NCBI GenBank assembly: GCA_018653085.1
Contig: JABIAY010000049.1
Coordinates: 118,335 to 182,334, forward strand
DNA from: Nitrospina sp.
GTDB lineage: Bacteria > Nitrospinota > Nitrospinia > Nitrospinales > VA-1
DNA: 64,000 nucleotides
Direction: 5' to 3'
Positions within the stretch are counted from its first letter, which is position 1. Every line of letters begins with the position of its first letter. A model generated the notes under the pieces. That model was not told the origin of the DNA. It saw nothing but the letters and a program-made list of their open reading frames with translations, and ran no database searches. A program made the translations under genes and the position numbers. Below, in pieces: positions 38,007 through 46,588 of the stretch.

Positions 38007-41000
38007 ATGATTAAACATATTATCGGTTTTTCTTTAAAGAATCGTTTTCTGGTGCTTTTGGCAACTGTTTTCGTGATTGCGTGGGGCAGTTACTCCATCA
38101 GCCGCACGCCGTTGGATGCCATCCCGGACTTGAGTGATGTGCAGGTCATCATTTTCACTGAGTTTCCCGGTCAGGCACCGCAGATTATAGAAGATCAGGT
38201 CACTTACCCTTTGACGACCGCAATGCTCTCGGTTCCTTTCGCAAAAGTGGTGCGAGGATATTCTTTTTTCGGCCTTTCATTCGTTTATATTATTTTTGAA
38301 GATGGTACAGACATGTACTGGGCCAGAAGCCGCGTTCTGGAGCAGTTAAATTTTGTGTCCGGGCGTTTGCCGCCGAACGTCAATCCAACATTGGGACCGG
38401 ATGCCACAGGTGTGGGCTGGGTGTATGAATATGCGCTAGTGGATAAAACAGGTCAGCACGATTTGTCCGAACTGCGGTCCATGCAGGATTGGTATCTCCG
38501 CTATGAATTGCAAACCGTTCCGGGAGTCTCGGAAGTTGCCAGCATCGGCGGCTATGTCAAACAATATCAGGTTGAGGTGGACCCTAATAAGCTGATTGCT
38601 TTCAATCTCCCTCTACACAAAGTTATTAAAGCGATCAAGAGAAGCAACAACGATGTCGGGGGGCGCCTGCTGGAAATGGCTGAAACCGAGTTCATGGTTA
38701 GGGGGCTCGGTTACATCCAGTCATTGGAGGACTTGGAAAGTGTGCCTCTTGGCGTGGACAAGCGGGGAACGCCGATATTGCTCAAGGACGTGGCACGAAT
38801 CCAGTTTGGGCCTGAATTACGGCGTGGTTTAGTGGATTTGAATGGAGAGGGGGAGGTAGTCGGTGGCATCGTGATACAGCGTTACGGGGAAAACGCTTTG
38901 GAAGTCATTCGCAATGTAAAAAAGAAACTGGAAACTTTAAAGGCCGGGTTGCCTGAAGGTGTGGAAATTGTTCCGGTCTATGACAGGTCCGGTCTGATTG
39001 AACGTGCGGTTGACAATTTAAAACAGAAATTGATTGAAGAGGGAGTGGCTGTTTCTGTCATCTGCATTTTGTTCCTGTTGCATCTGCGGTCCGCACTGGT
39101 CGCTATTCTGGTCATTCCTTTGAGCGTTTTAATTGCTTTTATTGTCATGAACCAGCAGGGATTGAACGCGAACATCATGTCTCTGGGCGGAATCGCCATT
39201 GCCATCGGTGCGCTGATCGATGGTGCGATTGTCATGATCGAAAATGCACACAAACATTTGGCCCGGGACCGGGGCAAGAAGAATCACTGGCAGATTATTT
39301 ATGAGGCGGCGACGGAAGTGGGGCCGGCCCTGTTTTTCAGTTTGCTCATCATGACAACGGCGTTTCTTCCGGTGTTCACGCTTCAGGCTCAGGAGGGCCG
39401 CCTTTTCGCACCCATGGCCTTCACCTGGACGTATTCCCTGATTGCGGCGGCTTTACTGGCTGTTACGCTTGTCCCGGTTTTGATGGGATATTTTATTCGC
39501 GGTCATATTTTGCCGGAACGCTACAACCCGCTCAATCTTTTATTTACCGGAATATTCAAGCCGATCATATGGCTGGCTCTCAGGATGAAGCTTCCAGTCA
39601 TTGCTGTCGCTCTTGTGTTGACTGCGGCAACATGGATTCCCCTGGAACGCCTGGGTTCGGAGTTCATGCCTCCTTTGAACGAAGGAGACGTGTTGTACAT
39701 GCCAAGCACTTTGCCGGGGATTTCGATCACCAAGGCCAGGGAGTTGCTCCAGCAAACGGACAAAATCATCAAGACCTTTCCCGAAGTGCACCATGTTTTC
39801 GGAAAAATAGGACGTGCGGAGACGGCCACCGATACGGCTCCTCTTAGTATGGTGGAAACGAGCATCACCATGAAGCCGAAATCGGAATGGCGGGAAGGCA
39901 TAACCCAAAAAATGTTGATTGAGGAGATGGACGCGGCGTTAAAGATTCCCGGTGTGACCAATGTCTGGACCATGCCAATCAAGAACCGCATTGACATGTT
40001 ATCCACCGGCATTAAAACTCCAGTCGGTATCAAGATTGCGGGAGATGATTTGAACACGCTCGAACGATTGGGAAAGGAAGTGGAGTCCTTGTTAAGGAAT
40101 GTTCCCGGAACTGCGAGTGTGTTTTCTGAACGAGTGGTGGGGGGCAATTATTTTGATTTCGAAATCAACCGGGCCGAAGCCGCACGCTATGGCCTTACCG
40201 TTGGTGATATTCAGGATGTTATCCAGTCTGCCATCGGCGGGATGAATGTCAGTACTACCGTTCAGGGGCTGGAACGCTATCCGATAAATGTCCGCTACCC
40301 TCGTGGACTTAGGGACGATTTGGATAAATTGCAGAGGGTGCTGATCCCTACTCCACGTGGGGAACATATTCCCATGGCCCAGGTTGCAACCCTGTCCATT
40401 AAGAAAGGGCCGCCTGTTATTAAAAGTGAAAATGCCCGGCTCAATGCCTGGGTATACATCGACCTGAAAGATATTGACGTGGGCACTTATGTGGAACAGG
40501 CGAGAAAAATTATTGACGAGGGTCTGGAACTTCCTGCCGGGTACAGCCTGGTATGGAGCGGCCAGTATGAATATATGGAGCGCGCCAAGGAGCGCTTGAA
40601 ATTAGTGGTGCCCCTGACACTGGTGATTATTTTTGTGTTGCTGTACCTCAATTTCCAGCGCGTTGCGGAAGCAACTATTGTGATGCTCTCATTGCCACTT
40701 GCCTTGATAGGAGGTGTTTGGGTTCTCTATTACCTTCAATATGAGCTGAGTGTTGCGGTTGCTGTCGGATTCATTGCGCTTGCGGGAGTGGCGGCGGAAA
40801 TTGGTGTTTTGGTTTTAGTTTACTCCAATCAGGTATTTGAACAGCGGTTGAAAAACGAAGAAATCCAAAATAGCGGAGATGTCCTGAAAGCGGTTTTTGA
40901 TGGAACGTCTTCCAGAATCCGACCGATCATGATGACCGTGATTTCTACTATCGGGGGTCTGGTTCCCATCATGATGGGATCGGGGACCGGCTCTGAAGTG

Positions 41001-41171
41001 ATGAAGCGTATTGCGGCTCCGATGATCGGCGGAATGGTGTCTGCAACACTATTAAACCTGATTGTTCTTCCCGCACTCTATACCCTGGTCTTGCAATTCC
41101 GCTTTTCCCGAAGAAGGCAACCCCACAAAAGTGGTTATTCCGAAAAACGGGAATTAACTCCTACCCATTAA
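38007..41171 (+). CDS. CusA/CzcA-family heavy-metal efflux RND transporter
   Basis: 1054 aa with a 12-TM RND architecture. The N-terminus IIGFSLKNRFLVLLATV is typical of the HME-RND family. Confidence 0.95.
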   Translation: MIKHIIGFSLKNRFLVLLATVFVIAWGSYSISRTPLDAIPDLSDVQVIIFTEFPGQAPQIIEDQVTYPLTTAMLSVPFAKVVRGYSFFGLSFVYIIFEDGTDMYWARSRVLEQLNFVSGRLPPNVNPTLGPDATGVGWVYEYALVDKTGQHDLSELRSMQDWYLRYELQTVPGVSEVASIGGYVKQYQVEVDPNKLIAFNLPLHKVIKAIKRSNNDVGGRLLEMAETEFMVRGLGYIQSLEDLESVPLGVDKRGTPILLKDVARIQFGPELRRGLVDLNGEGEVVGGIVIQRYGENALEVIRNVKKKLETLKAGLPEGVEIVPVYDRSGLIERAVDNLKQKLIEEGVAVSVICILFLLHLRSALVAILVIPLSVLIAFIVMNQQGLNANIMSLGGIAIAIGALIDGAIVMIENAHKHLARDRGKKNHWQIIYEAATEVGPALFFSLLIMTTAFLPVFTLQAQEGRLFAPMAFTWTYSLIAAALLAVTLVPVLMGYFIRGHILPERYNPLNLLFTGIFKPIIWLALRMKLPVIAVALVLTAATWIPLERLGSEFMPPLNEGDVLYMPSTLPGISITKARELLQQTDKIIKTFPEVHHVFGKIGRAETATDTAPLSMVETSITMKPKSEWREGITQKMLIEEMDAALKIPGVTNVWTMPIKNRIDMLSTGIKTPVGIKIAGDDLNTLERLGKEVESLLRNVPGTASVFSERVVGGNYFDFEINRAEAARYGLTVGDIQDVIQSAIGGMNVSTTVQGLERYPINVRYPRGLRDDLDKLQRVLIPTPRGEHIPMAQVATLSIKKGPPVIKSENARLNAWVYIDLKDIDVGTYVEQARKIIDEGLELPAGYSLVWSGQYEYMERAKERLKLVVPLTLVIIFVLLYLNFQRVAEATIVMLSLPLALIGGVWVLYYLQYELSVAVAVGFIALAGVAAEIGVLVLVYSNQVFEQRLKNEEIQNSGDVLKAVFDGTSSRIRPIMMTVISTIGGLVPIMMGSGTGSEVMKRIAAPMIGGMVSATLLNLIVLPALYTLVLQFRFSRRRQPHKSGYSEKRELTPTH

Positions 41172-41329
41172 ACCGGCTCACGACATTTCGGATGTCCTGT
41201 TGAACGGATTGGCGGTATTTTACAGCTTATTCTTCAAGTAGTAAGGTTGGAGATTGAGGAAGTAGCAAGGTTTGGCGTGCCAGTCCGGGTCAATCCATGC
41301 TCAGGTTTTAAGAGTGGCTCTATATACAA

Positions 41330-41893
41330 CTAAGATAGCGTCAAGTTTCCCTGTGCGGCGTTTTGGATATCTGCTATTGAACTGGGCAGTCTGATTTTTT
41401 TGCTGATTGAGTCAACGATGGCGGGGTTGCATTTTTTGAGCAAAGCTTTTGCATCATTTAAATGCGAAATAGTGTGGAACTCTTTTTCAGGTGAAAAATA
41501 TACGACAGCCTGTTTGTTATGCTTTAACAGTTCAAATACATTGTTGATTGCACCTGAACTCTTGCCATCCCACAAAACAAACCCGTAATCTGCTTTCGAG
41601 GCCATTTCTTTGTCTTTTGCGGTATAGAAATCGCGCCCTTTAAGTTTAGGGTCTACATAGACCTGTGTCACATCCCAATTACCAATATTATTTCGGCAAG
41701 CTTCCCCGGAACAAAAAATTTTAACATTCGAGTAGTGAGTATCAGTGAGGTATTGTTGCATTGCTTTGTCTGCACCATTTGCGTCACCGACAAGAATGAG
41801 AAAGCTTTTCTCGATCATATTATTGACCCGAGCCTTTATAGCTTCATTAAGTCGGTTCAATTGCCGTGAACCAGATAGAAATACTGTTGTCAT
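41330..41893 (-). CDS. SLOG-superfamily (DprA/YpsA/DUF2493-like) Rossmannoid protein
   Basis: 187 aa with VFLSGSR...LILVGDANGADKAMQQY...GFVLWDGKSSGA. ATGA overlap with the PRTase gene. Confidence 0.6.
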   Translation of the reverse strand: MTTVFLSGSRQLNRLNEAIKARVNNMIEKSFLILVGDANGADKAMQQYLTDTHYSNVKIFCSGEACRNNIGNWDVTQVYVDPKLKGRDFYTAKDKEMASKADYGFVLWDGKSSGAINNVFELLKHNKQAVVYFSPEKEFHTISHLNDAKALLKKCNPAIVDSISKKIRLPSSIADIQNAAQGNLTLS

Positions 41894-42468
41894 CTGTTGC
41901 TCTTGGTTTTTGTCATCGTAAGAACACTCACATCGCTTACTTTTGCTTGTTTATATAAAATGTCGGTTGATACGGATAGAGTGGCTCCCGACCTATATAA
42001 ATCATCTAATAATAGCACCTTTTGGCCTGAAATATTTCTTTCAGAAGAAATGAAAATGGCTTTTTTGAGTTCCTGAATGCGCTCCTCGGGGTCTGTAATA
42101 TTCTTAAGTTCTTTGCTGTCTTCTTTTTTCTCAAGAAACCCAATTAAAACATTAACACCCATTCGTTTCCCCAATTCAAGAGCAATTTCATCAGCGGGTT
42201 GATATGACCTGCTTTTGTTTGAGGAAGGTGCTGGAATTATGGCATCGAATTTGCCAATACCTTTGTATTTACTAAGTAAATCAACAATTTCTTTTGTGAC
42301 GGATTTATCATTTCTATACTTTAGCTTATAGACCAGTCCGCCCATTTCGGTTCGGGTAGTGTCATAGCGTTTGTGCCCAAACTCATCTAGTCCCTGGTAA
42401 ACACTGCCAAGCGTGTGAACATCATAGGCGAAGCCTTTAGCCCAGTTTCCCTCAAGCTTTACGGTCAC
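41890..42468 (-). CDS. ComF-like type I phosphoribosyltransferase
   Basis: 192 aa with the PRPP loop [14 protein letters not shown] and the core [17 protein letters not shown]. The GTG start overlaps the SPFH stop (GTGA). Confidence 0.8.
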   Translation of the reverse strand: MTVKLEGNWAKGFAYDVHTLGSVYQGLDEFGHKRYDTTRTEMGGLVYKLKYRNDKSVTKEIVDLLSKYKGIGKFDAIIPAPSSNKSRSYQPADEIALELGKRMGVNVLIGFLEKKEDSKELKNITDPEERIQELKKAIFISSERNISGQKVLLLDDLYRSGATLSVSTDILYKQAKVSDVSVLTMTKTKSNR

Positions 42469-43211
42469 TCTTTCCCTTTGTTGCGAAAAGAATCGAACAG
42501 CTCAATGGGGATGGGGATATAGGTATGTGTCCCGTCACTTGAAGAAAGATCCAGCAGGGTTTGAAAAAAGCGCAATTGCAGGGCAGGGGGGTGCGCCCCA
42601 ATAAGGTCTGCGGCATCACAGGTTTTCTGTGCCGCTTCAAACTCACCCTGGGCATTGATGACTTTGGCCCGTCTCTCGCGCTCGGCTTCTGCCTGTTTCG
42701 CCAGAGCGCGTTGCATTTCCTGTGGCAGGTCGACATTTTTGACTTCTACATTGGCGACCTTAACTCCCCAAGGCTCGGTTTGTTCATCAATGACCCTTTG
42801 CAGATGGGAGTTGATTTCTTCCCGGTTGGATAACAGGTCGTCAAGTGTGCTCTGGCCTAAAATACTTCGCAGGGTCGTTTGCGAAAGTTGAGACGTCGCA
42901 TACAGATAGTCTTCCACTTCGATAATGGCTCTTTGGGAATCGAGAACACGAAAATAAATTACGGCATTGACCTTTACCGTTACATTGTCCTTGGTGATGA
43001 TATCCTGAGGAGGAACATCCATGACCACGGTGCGCAAGCTGACCTTGACCATTTTCTGGACTCCGGGAACGACGATGATGATTCCCGGACCCTTGACCTT
43101 CCAGAATCTTCCGAACAGAAAAATCACGCCTCTCTCGTATTCACGCAAAACCTTGAACATGCTGAAAACCAGCACGGCAAGTATTATTAGAAAGGTCATT
43201 AGAGTGTCCAT
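42465..43211 (-). CDS. SPFH/band-7 (stomatin-like) membrane protein
   Basis: ATG at 43211 gives an N-terminal TM helix. [15 protein letters not shown]...ITKDNV.V.VNAV.YFRV and the [11 protein letters not shown] coiled coil are typical of prokaryotic stomatins. Confidence 0.9.
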   Translation of the reverse strand: MDTLMTFLIILAVLVFSMFKVLREYERGVIFLFGRFWKVKGPGIIIVVPGVQKMVKVSLRTVVMDVPPQDIITKDNVTVKVNAVIYFRVLDSQRAIIEVEDYLYATSQLSQTTLRSILGQSTLDDLLSNREEINSHLQRVIDEQTEPWGVKVANVEVKNVDLPQEMQRALAKQAEAERERRAKVINAQGEFEAAQKTCDAADLIGAHPPALQLRFFQTLLDLSSSDGTHTYIPIPIELFDSFRNKGKE

Positions 43212-43294
43212 AACGGTTCTCCTGTTGAAGTTCGGACTATCTACTAATGATAACAATATTTGAGCTGAGTTTCATCAATGTTAAAATGCTTTTC

Positions 43295-44128
43295 ATGTCT
43301 TATTACTCTGATCAAAAGCTTTCATTTCTCGCCGGAATAATGATTTTTGTTGTTTTGGCTGGGGTTGTGCCGGCTGTTTCTGCTCAGGCAGAGCCGCTGG
43401 AGGTTTCCATCCAGAGTGAGGTCGATGATGCGGGAAACGTTAAACTGGCGTTAACGCTGAAGAATTCGGGTTCCCGGCCCGTTTATCATGTCCACCCGAT
43501 GTTCCATTTTCACCACACCATGTCCATGATGTCGAAAATCATGCGTCTGGATCCGGGGCAGAGCATCACTCTGGAAAATGATAAACACCCTCCCGTTATG
43601 CGGGTGGGCAGGTATCCTTTGACTGCCATGGTGGAATATTGGACGCTTCCCAATGGAGGCGTTAAACAATCGGTTCTGTCCACGGACTCCTTTTTTTTTA
43701 AAGAACCTGTGCAGTCCAAGGTGGAAGGAAGCCTGGAGTCATCGGCCGATTCGGAATCATCCATCCTGAAGGTGTTTCTGCAGAACCGTTCTGCATCCCT
43801 GAAGAATATCAGTATGATGCTTCTACTTCCACCTGGTCTGGAAGCGGAAGATTTTTCCGGAGTGATGGGTTTTACTCTGTATGCAGGTGAAGAAAAGAAT
43901 TTTGAAGTGCGTATTTTTCGGCGGGAAAACGAGGAGCAGGATCGTTTTTTTGTTCGCTTGATGATAGAATATGGGGAAATACTGAAGCATTATTCCGGGG
44001 AGATCAATGGTACGGTTCGTTTCTCTCCCAGTTGGTATTCCATGAAATACCTGCCCCATTTTACTGCTTTAGTGTTTATGGTCCTGATTCTGCTGGGTTT
44101 TTATTACAGAGTTTATAACAGAAAATAG
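43295..44128 (+). CDS. exported/membrane-anchored hypothetical protein with His-rich segment
   Basis: About 277 aa from ATG 43295 (alternative 43286), with an N-terminal signal/TM and a C-terminal TM helix. Two beta-rich repeats (LALTLKNSGS.. / VFLQNRSAS..). HVHPMFHFHH segment. Confidence 0.5.
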   Translation: MSYYSDQKLSFLAGIMIFVVLAGVVPAVSAQAEPLEVSIQSEVDDAGNVKLALTLKNSGSRPVYHVHPMFHFHHTMSMMSKIMRLDPGQSITLENDKHPPVMRVGRYPLTAMVEYWTLPNGGVKQSVLSTDSFFFKEPVQSKVEGSLESSADSESSILKVFLQNRSASLKNISMMLLLPPGLEAEDFSGVMGFTLYAGEEKNFEVRIFRRENEEQDRFFVRLMIEYGEILKHYSGEINGTVRFSPSWYSMKYLPHFTALVFMVLILLGFYYRVYNRK

Positions 44129-44141
44129 AAAGGGTGTTTTT

Positions 44142-44420
44142 ATGACTCAAGCAACGGCTCGACATATATTGGTTAAATCCGAGGATGCCTGTAAGGATCT
44201 GAAGAAGAAAATTGAGGGAGGGGCGGACTTTGGCGAAATGGCCAAGCAACACTCCGATTGCCCCTCTGGAAAAGATGGCGGAGACCTCGGGTCTTTTGGT
44301 CCTGGCCAGATGGTTCCGGAATTTGACACGGTTGTGTTTAATGAAGAAGTGGGAGCCGTGCACGGTCCTGTGCAGACCTCATTCGGGTATCACCTGATCG
44401 AAATCACCAGCCGCAGTTAA
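44142..44420 (+). CDS. ppiC: parvulin-type peptidyl-prolyl isomerase
   Basis: 92 aa. ARHILV...GGDLG.F..GQMVPEF...SFGYHLI matches the PpiC/Par10 family. Confidence 0.9.
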   Translation: MTQATARHILVKSEDACKDLKKKIEGGADFGEMAKQHSDCPSGKDGGDLGSFGPGQMVPEFDTVVFNEEVGAVHGPVQTSFGYHLIEITSRS

Positions 44421-44432
44421 AAGGAGAAGGGT

Positions 44433-44900
44433 ATGACAGTTGCTACTTTTGGAGCAGGATGCTTCTGGGGGGTGGAATTGACTTTTCAAAAAACCAAAGG
44501 GGTGACATCCACTTCGGTCGGTTATACCGGCGGGACAACCCAGAACCCTACCTATGAACAGGTTTGTACCGGGCAGTCCGGACACGCCGAAGTGGTTCGG
44601 GTGGAGTTTGATCCTTCCAGTATTTCTTATGAGGAATTACTCGATGTGTTCTGGGGCTGTCATGACCCGACGACTTTAAATCGGCAGGGTCCGGATAGAG
44701 GCACTCAGTACCGTTCCGCGATTTATTACCACTCACCGGATCAGGAAGCTACTGCTCTGGCTTCGAAAGAGAAGGCAGATGAAGCGGGACGCTTCAAGTC
44801 TCCCATTGTTACGGAAATCACCCCGGCTTCGGAATATACTATGGCGGAAGACTATCACCAGAAATATCTCGAAAAACGCGGTATGGGTAGTTGCCATTAG
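44433..44900 (+). CDS. msrA: peptide-methionine (S)-S-oxide reductase
   Basis: 155 aa with the active site GAGCFWGVE and YHQKYL. Confidence 0.95.
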   Translation: MTVATFGAGCFWGVELTFQKTKGVTSTSVGYTGGTTQNPTYEQVCTGQSGHAEVVRVEFDPSSISYEELLDVFWGCHDPTTLNRQGPDRGTQYRSAIYYHSPDQEATALASKEKADEAGRFKSPIVTEITPASEYTMAEDYHQKYLEKRGMGSCH

Positions 44901-44932
44901 CAAGTGTTGAAAGCTCTGCGGTAAAGAATCGT

Positions 44933-44958
44933 CACCCTGAGTCCCGCGGTTCAGGGTG
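44933..44958. terminator. hairpin between convergent msrA and the GGDEF gene (weak terminator candidate)
   Basis: caccctga-N10-tcagggtg, an 8-bp stem. There is no clean U-run on either strand. Confidence 0.3.
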
Positions 44959-44972
44959 GTGTTGCATGCTGT

Positions 44973-45959
44973 TTATTCCATAACGCGATTCCGGCCTTCC
45001 TGCTTGGCCTTATAAAGAGATTGATCAGCCTCTGAAATCAAGATTGAAGATGCGTCACCTCTCTCAGGAACCCTGCTGGCAACCCCTAAGCTAATTGTTA
45101 CAAACTTGTTGACTGGGGAGGCTTGGTGAGGAATTTCCAGTGCTTCTACAGAAGCGCGAACTTTTTCTGCCAGGCTAAAAGCTCCCTTTTGGGATGTATC
45201 CGATAAGATTGCGACAAACTCTTCTCCACCGTAACGAGCTACTAAATCTCCCGGTCGCCTTAAGGACTTTTCAATTGTGCGGGCCACTTTTTTCAGGCAA
45301 TCGTCCCCAGCCTGATGACCATAGGTGTCGTTGTAAAGTTTGAAGAAATCTATATCCATCATGATAGCGGTTGCAGGCTGGGTGTGACGCATTGAAGATT
45401 TCCATTCCCGTTCTAAAAATTTCTCGAATGTGCGCCGATTGGCGATCCCTGTTAACCCATCCAAAGTGGAAAGAAGCTCTAACTGCTTATTGCTTGCCCT
45501 GAGAGATTTTTCAAGCTCTTGATGCTTGATGACAGACTTCTTCAGTTTCTCGTTGGTTTTTTTTGCATCGTTTAGCATTTGCAGTTTTTCAAAGCAACGA
45601 GTCACTCTAAAAAGCAGTTCTTCCTCCTTGCAGGGTTTGAGCAGGTAGTCGGAGGCTCCTAGTCGTAAGGCTTCTATGGATGAATCCATCTCACCGTGGC
45701 CCGTCATTATTACCACCATTGTTTCTGGCTCGATTTCTTTGACCTGTTTTAATACTTCAAGTCCGCCTATTCCATCCATCACTAAATCTGTAATAACCAT
45801 CTGAAGGTTTTCCTTTTTAAAAACCTCCAATCCCTGTTCACCGCCATTTGCGGTTACTACCCTGTAGCCATTCTTTTCCAATACATAGCTTATCCCAGCC
45901 AGGATGGCTTCTTCATCATCAATAAGTAAAACCGCAGGTTTTTTCATGTCAGCTGTCAC
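44973..45959 (-). CDS. response regulator-diguanylate cyclase (REC-GGDEF)
   Basis: 328 aa with a receiver domain (LLIDDEE...ITDLVM), the active-site GGEEF, and an RxxD I-site (RPGD). Confidence 0.9.
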   Translation of the reverse strand: MTADMKKPAVLLIDDEEAILAGISYVLEKNGYRVVTANGGEQGLEVFKKENLQMVITDLVMDGIGGLEVLKQVKEIEPETMVVIMTGHGEMDSSIEALRLGASDYLLKPCKEEELLFRVTRCFEKLQMLNDAKKTNEKLKKSVIKHQELEKSLRASNKQLELLSTLDGLTGIANRRTFEKFLEREWKSSMRHTQPATAIMMDIDFFKLYNDTYGHQAGDDCLKKVARTIEKSLRRPGDLVARYGGEEFVAILSDTSQKGAFSLAEKVRASVEALEIPHQASPVNKFVTISLGVASRVPERGDASSILISEADQSLYKAKQEGRNRVME

Positions 45960-46573
45960 TTTTTTCCTCTAGCCCCTTTTTTTTCTTTATGTTTTTGCAC
46001 GTCCTTCATAATTTCATTTTTGAAATCTTCAGCGCATTTATCACAATAACTGTGACTGATTTCTATTTCAGTTTTTTTTGCGAGGTATAAATCAGGTTCC
46101 ATCCAAATTCCAGTTCCCGGTTCTTGACCCTCATCGTCCCGGATTTTCTTGCAGGCACAGCAGACGGGGAGGAATTTTTCATAGGCTTTTACCTTATGGT
46201 TGAGTATTAATTGATCGATGCACCTGCGGGTTCTCATTAACAGCTCATCTTTATTGCAGGGTTTCTGCATATAATCGAAGGCACCCAGCCTTAAAGCATC
46301 AACAGCGGTGTCCAAAGTGCCATGGCCTGTAAGCACCATCACCAGAGCATCGGGGTGGGTTCCCTTGATTTTTTTTAATACCTCTATGCCACCTATCCCA
46401 CCCATCATTAAGTCAGTGATTACCAGGTCAAAATGCCCTTCTTTAAATTTTTTGATCCCCTCCTCACCACTTTCTGCAGTGGAAACTCTATAGCCTTCTT
46501 TTTTTAAATAACTGCTAAGACCCAGTAAAATGGATTCTTCATCGTCAATTAACAGGATTAAGTGTTTTTTCAT
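45956..46573 (-). CDS. response regulator receiver with C-terminal Cys/His-rich tail
   Basis: 205 aa with REC (LLIDDEES...VITDLMM...KP), then PVCCACKKIRDDEG...SHSYCDKCAE, then a Lys-rich end. Confidence 0.85.
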   Translation of the reverse strand: MKKHLILLIDDEESILLGLSSYLKKEGYRVSTAESGEEGIKKFKEGHFDLVITDLMMGGIGGIEVLKKIKGTHPDALVMVLTGHGTLDTAVDALRLGAFDYMQKPCNKDELLMRTRRCIDQLILNHKVKAYEKFLPVCCACKKIRDDEGQEPGTGIWMEPDLYLAKKTEIEISHSYCDKCAEDFKNEIMKDVQKHKEKKGARGKK

Positions 46574-46588
46574 TGTCGCGTTCTTAAA

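Noticed and set aside
41172-42468. Calling the PRTase/SLOG islet a mobile element or prophage remnant.
   Set aside because: I could not find an integrase, transposase, tRNA, direct repeats or phage genes at either border. Only a compositional shift and the gene content suggest horizontal origin.
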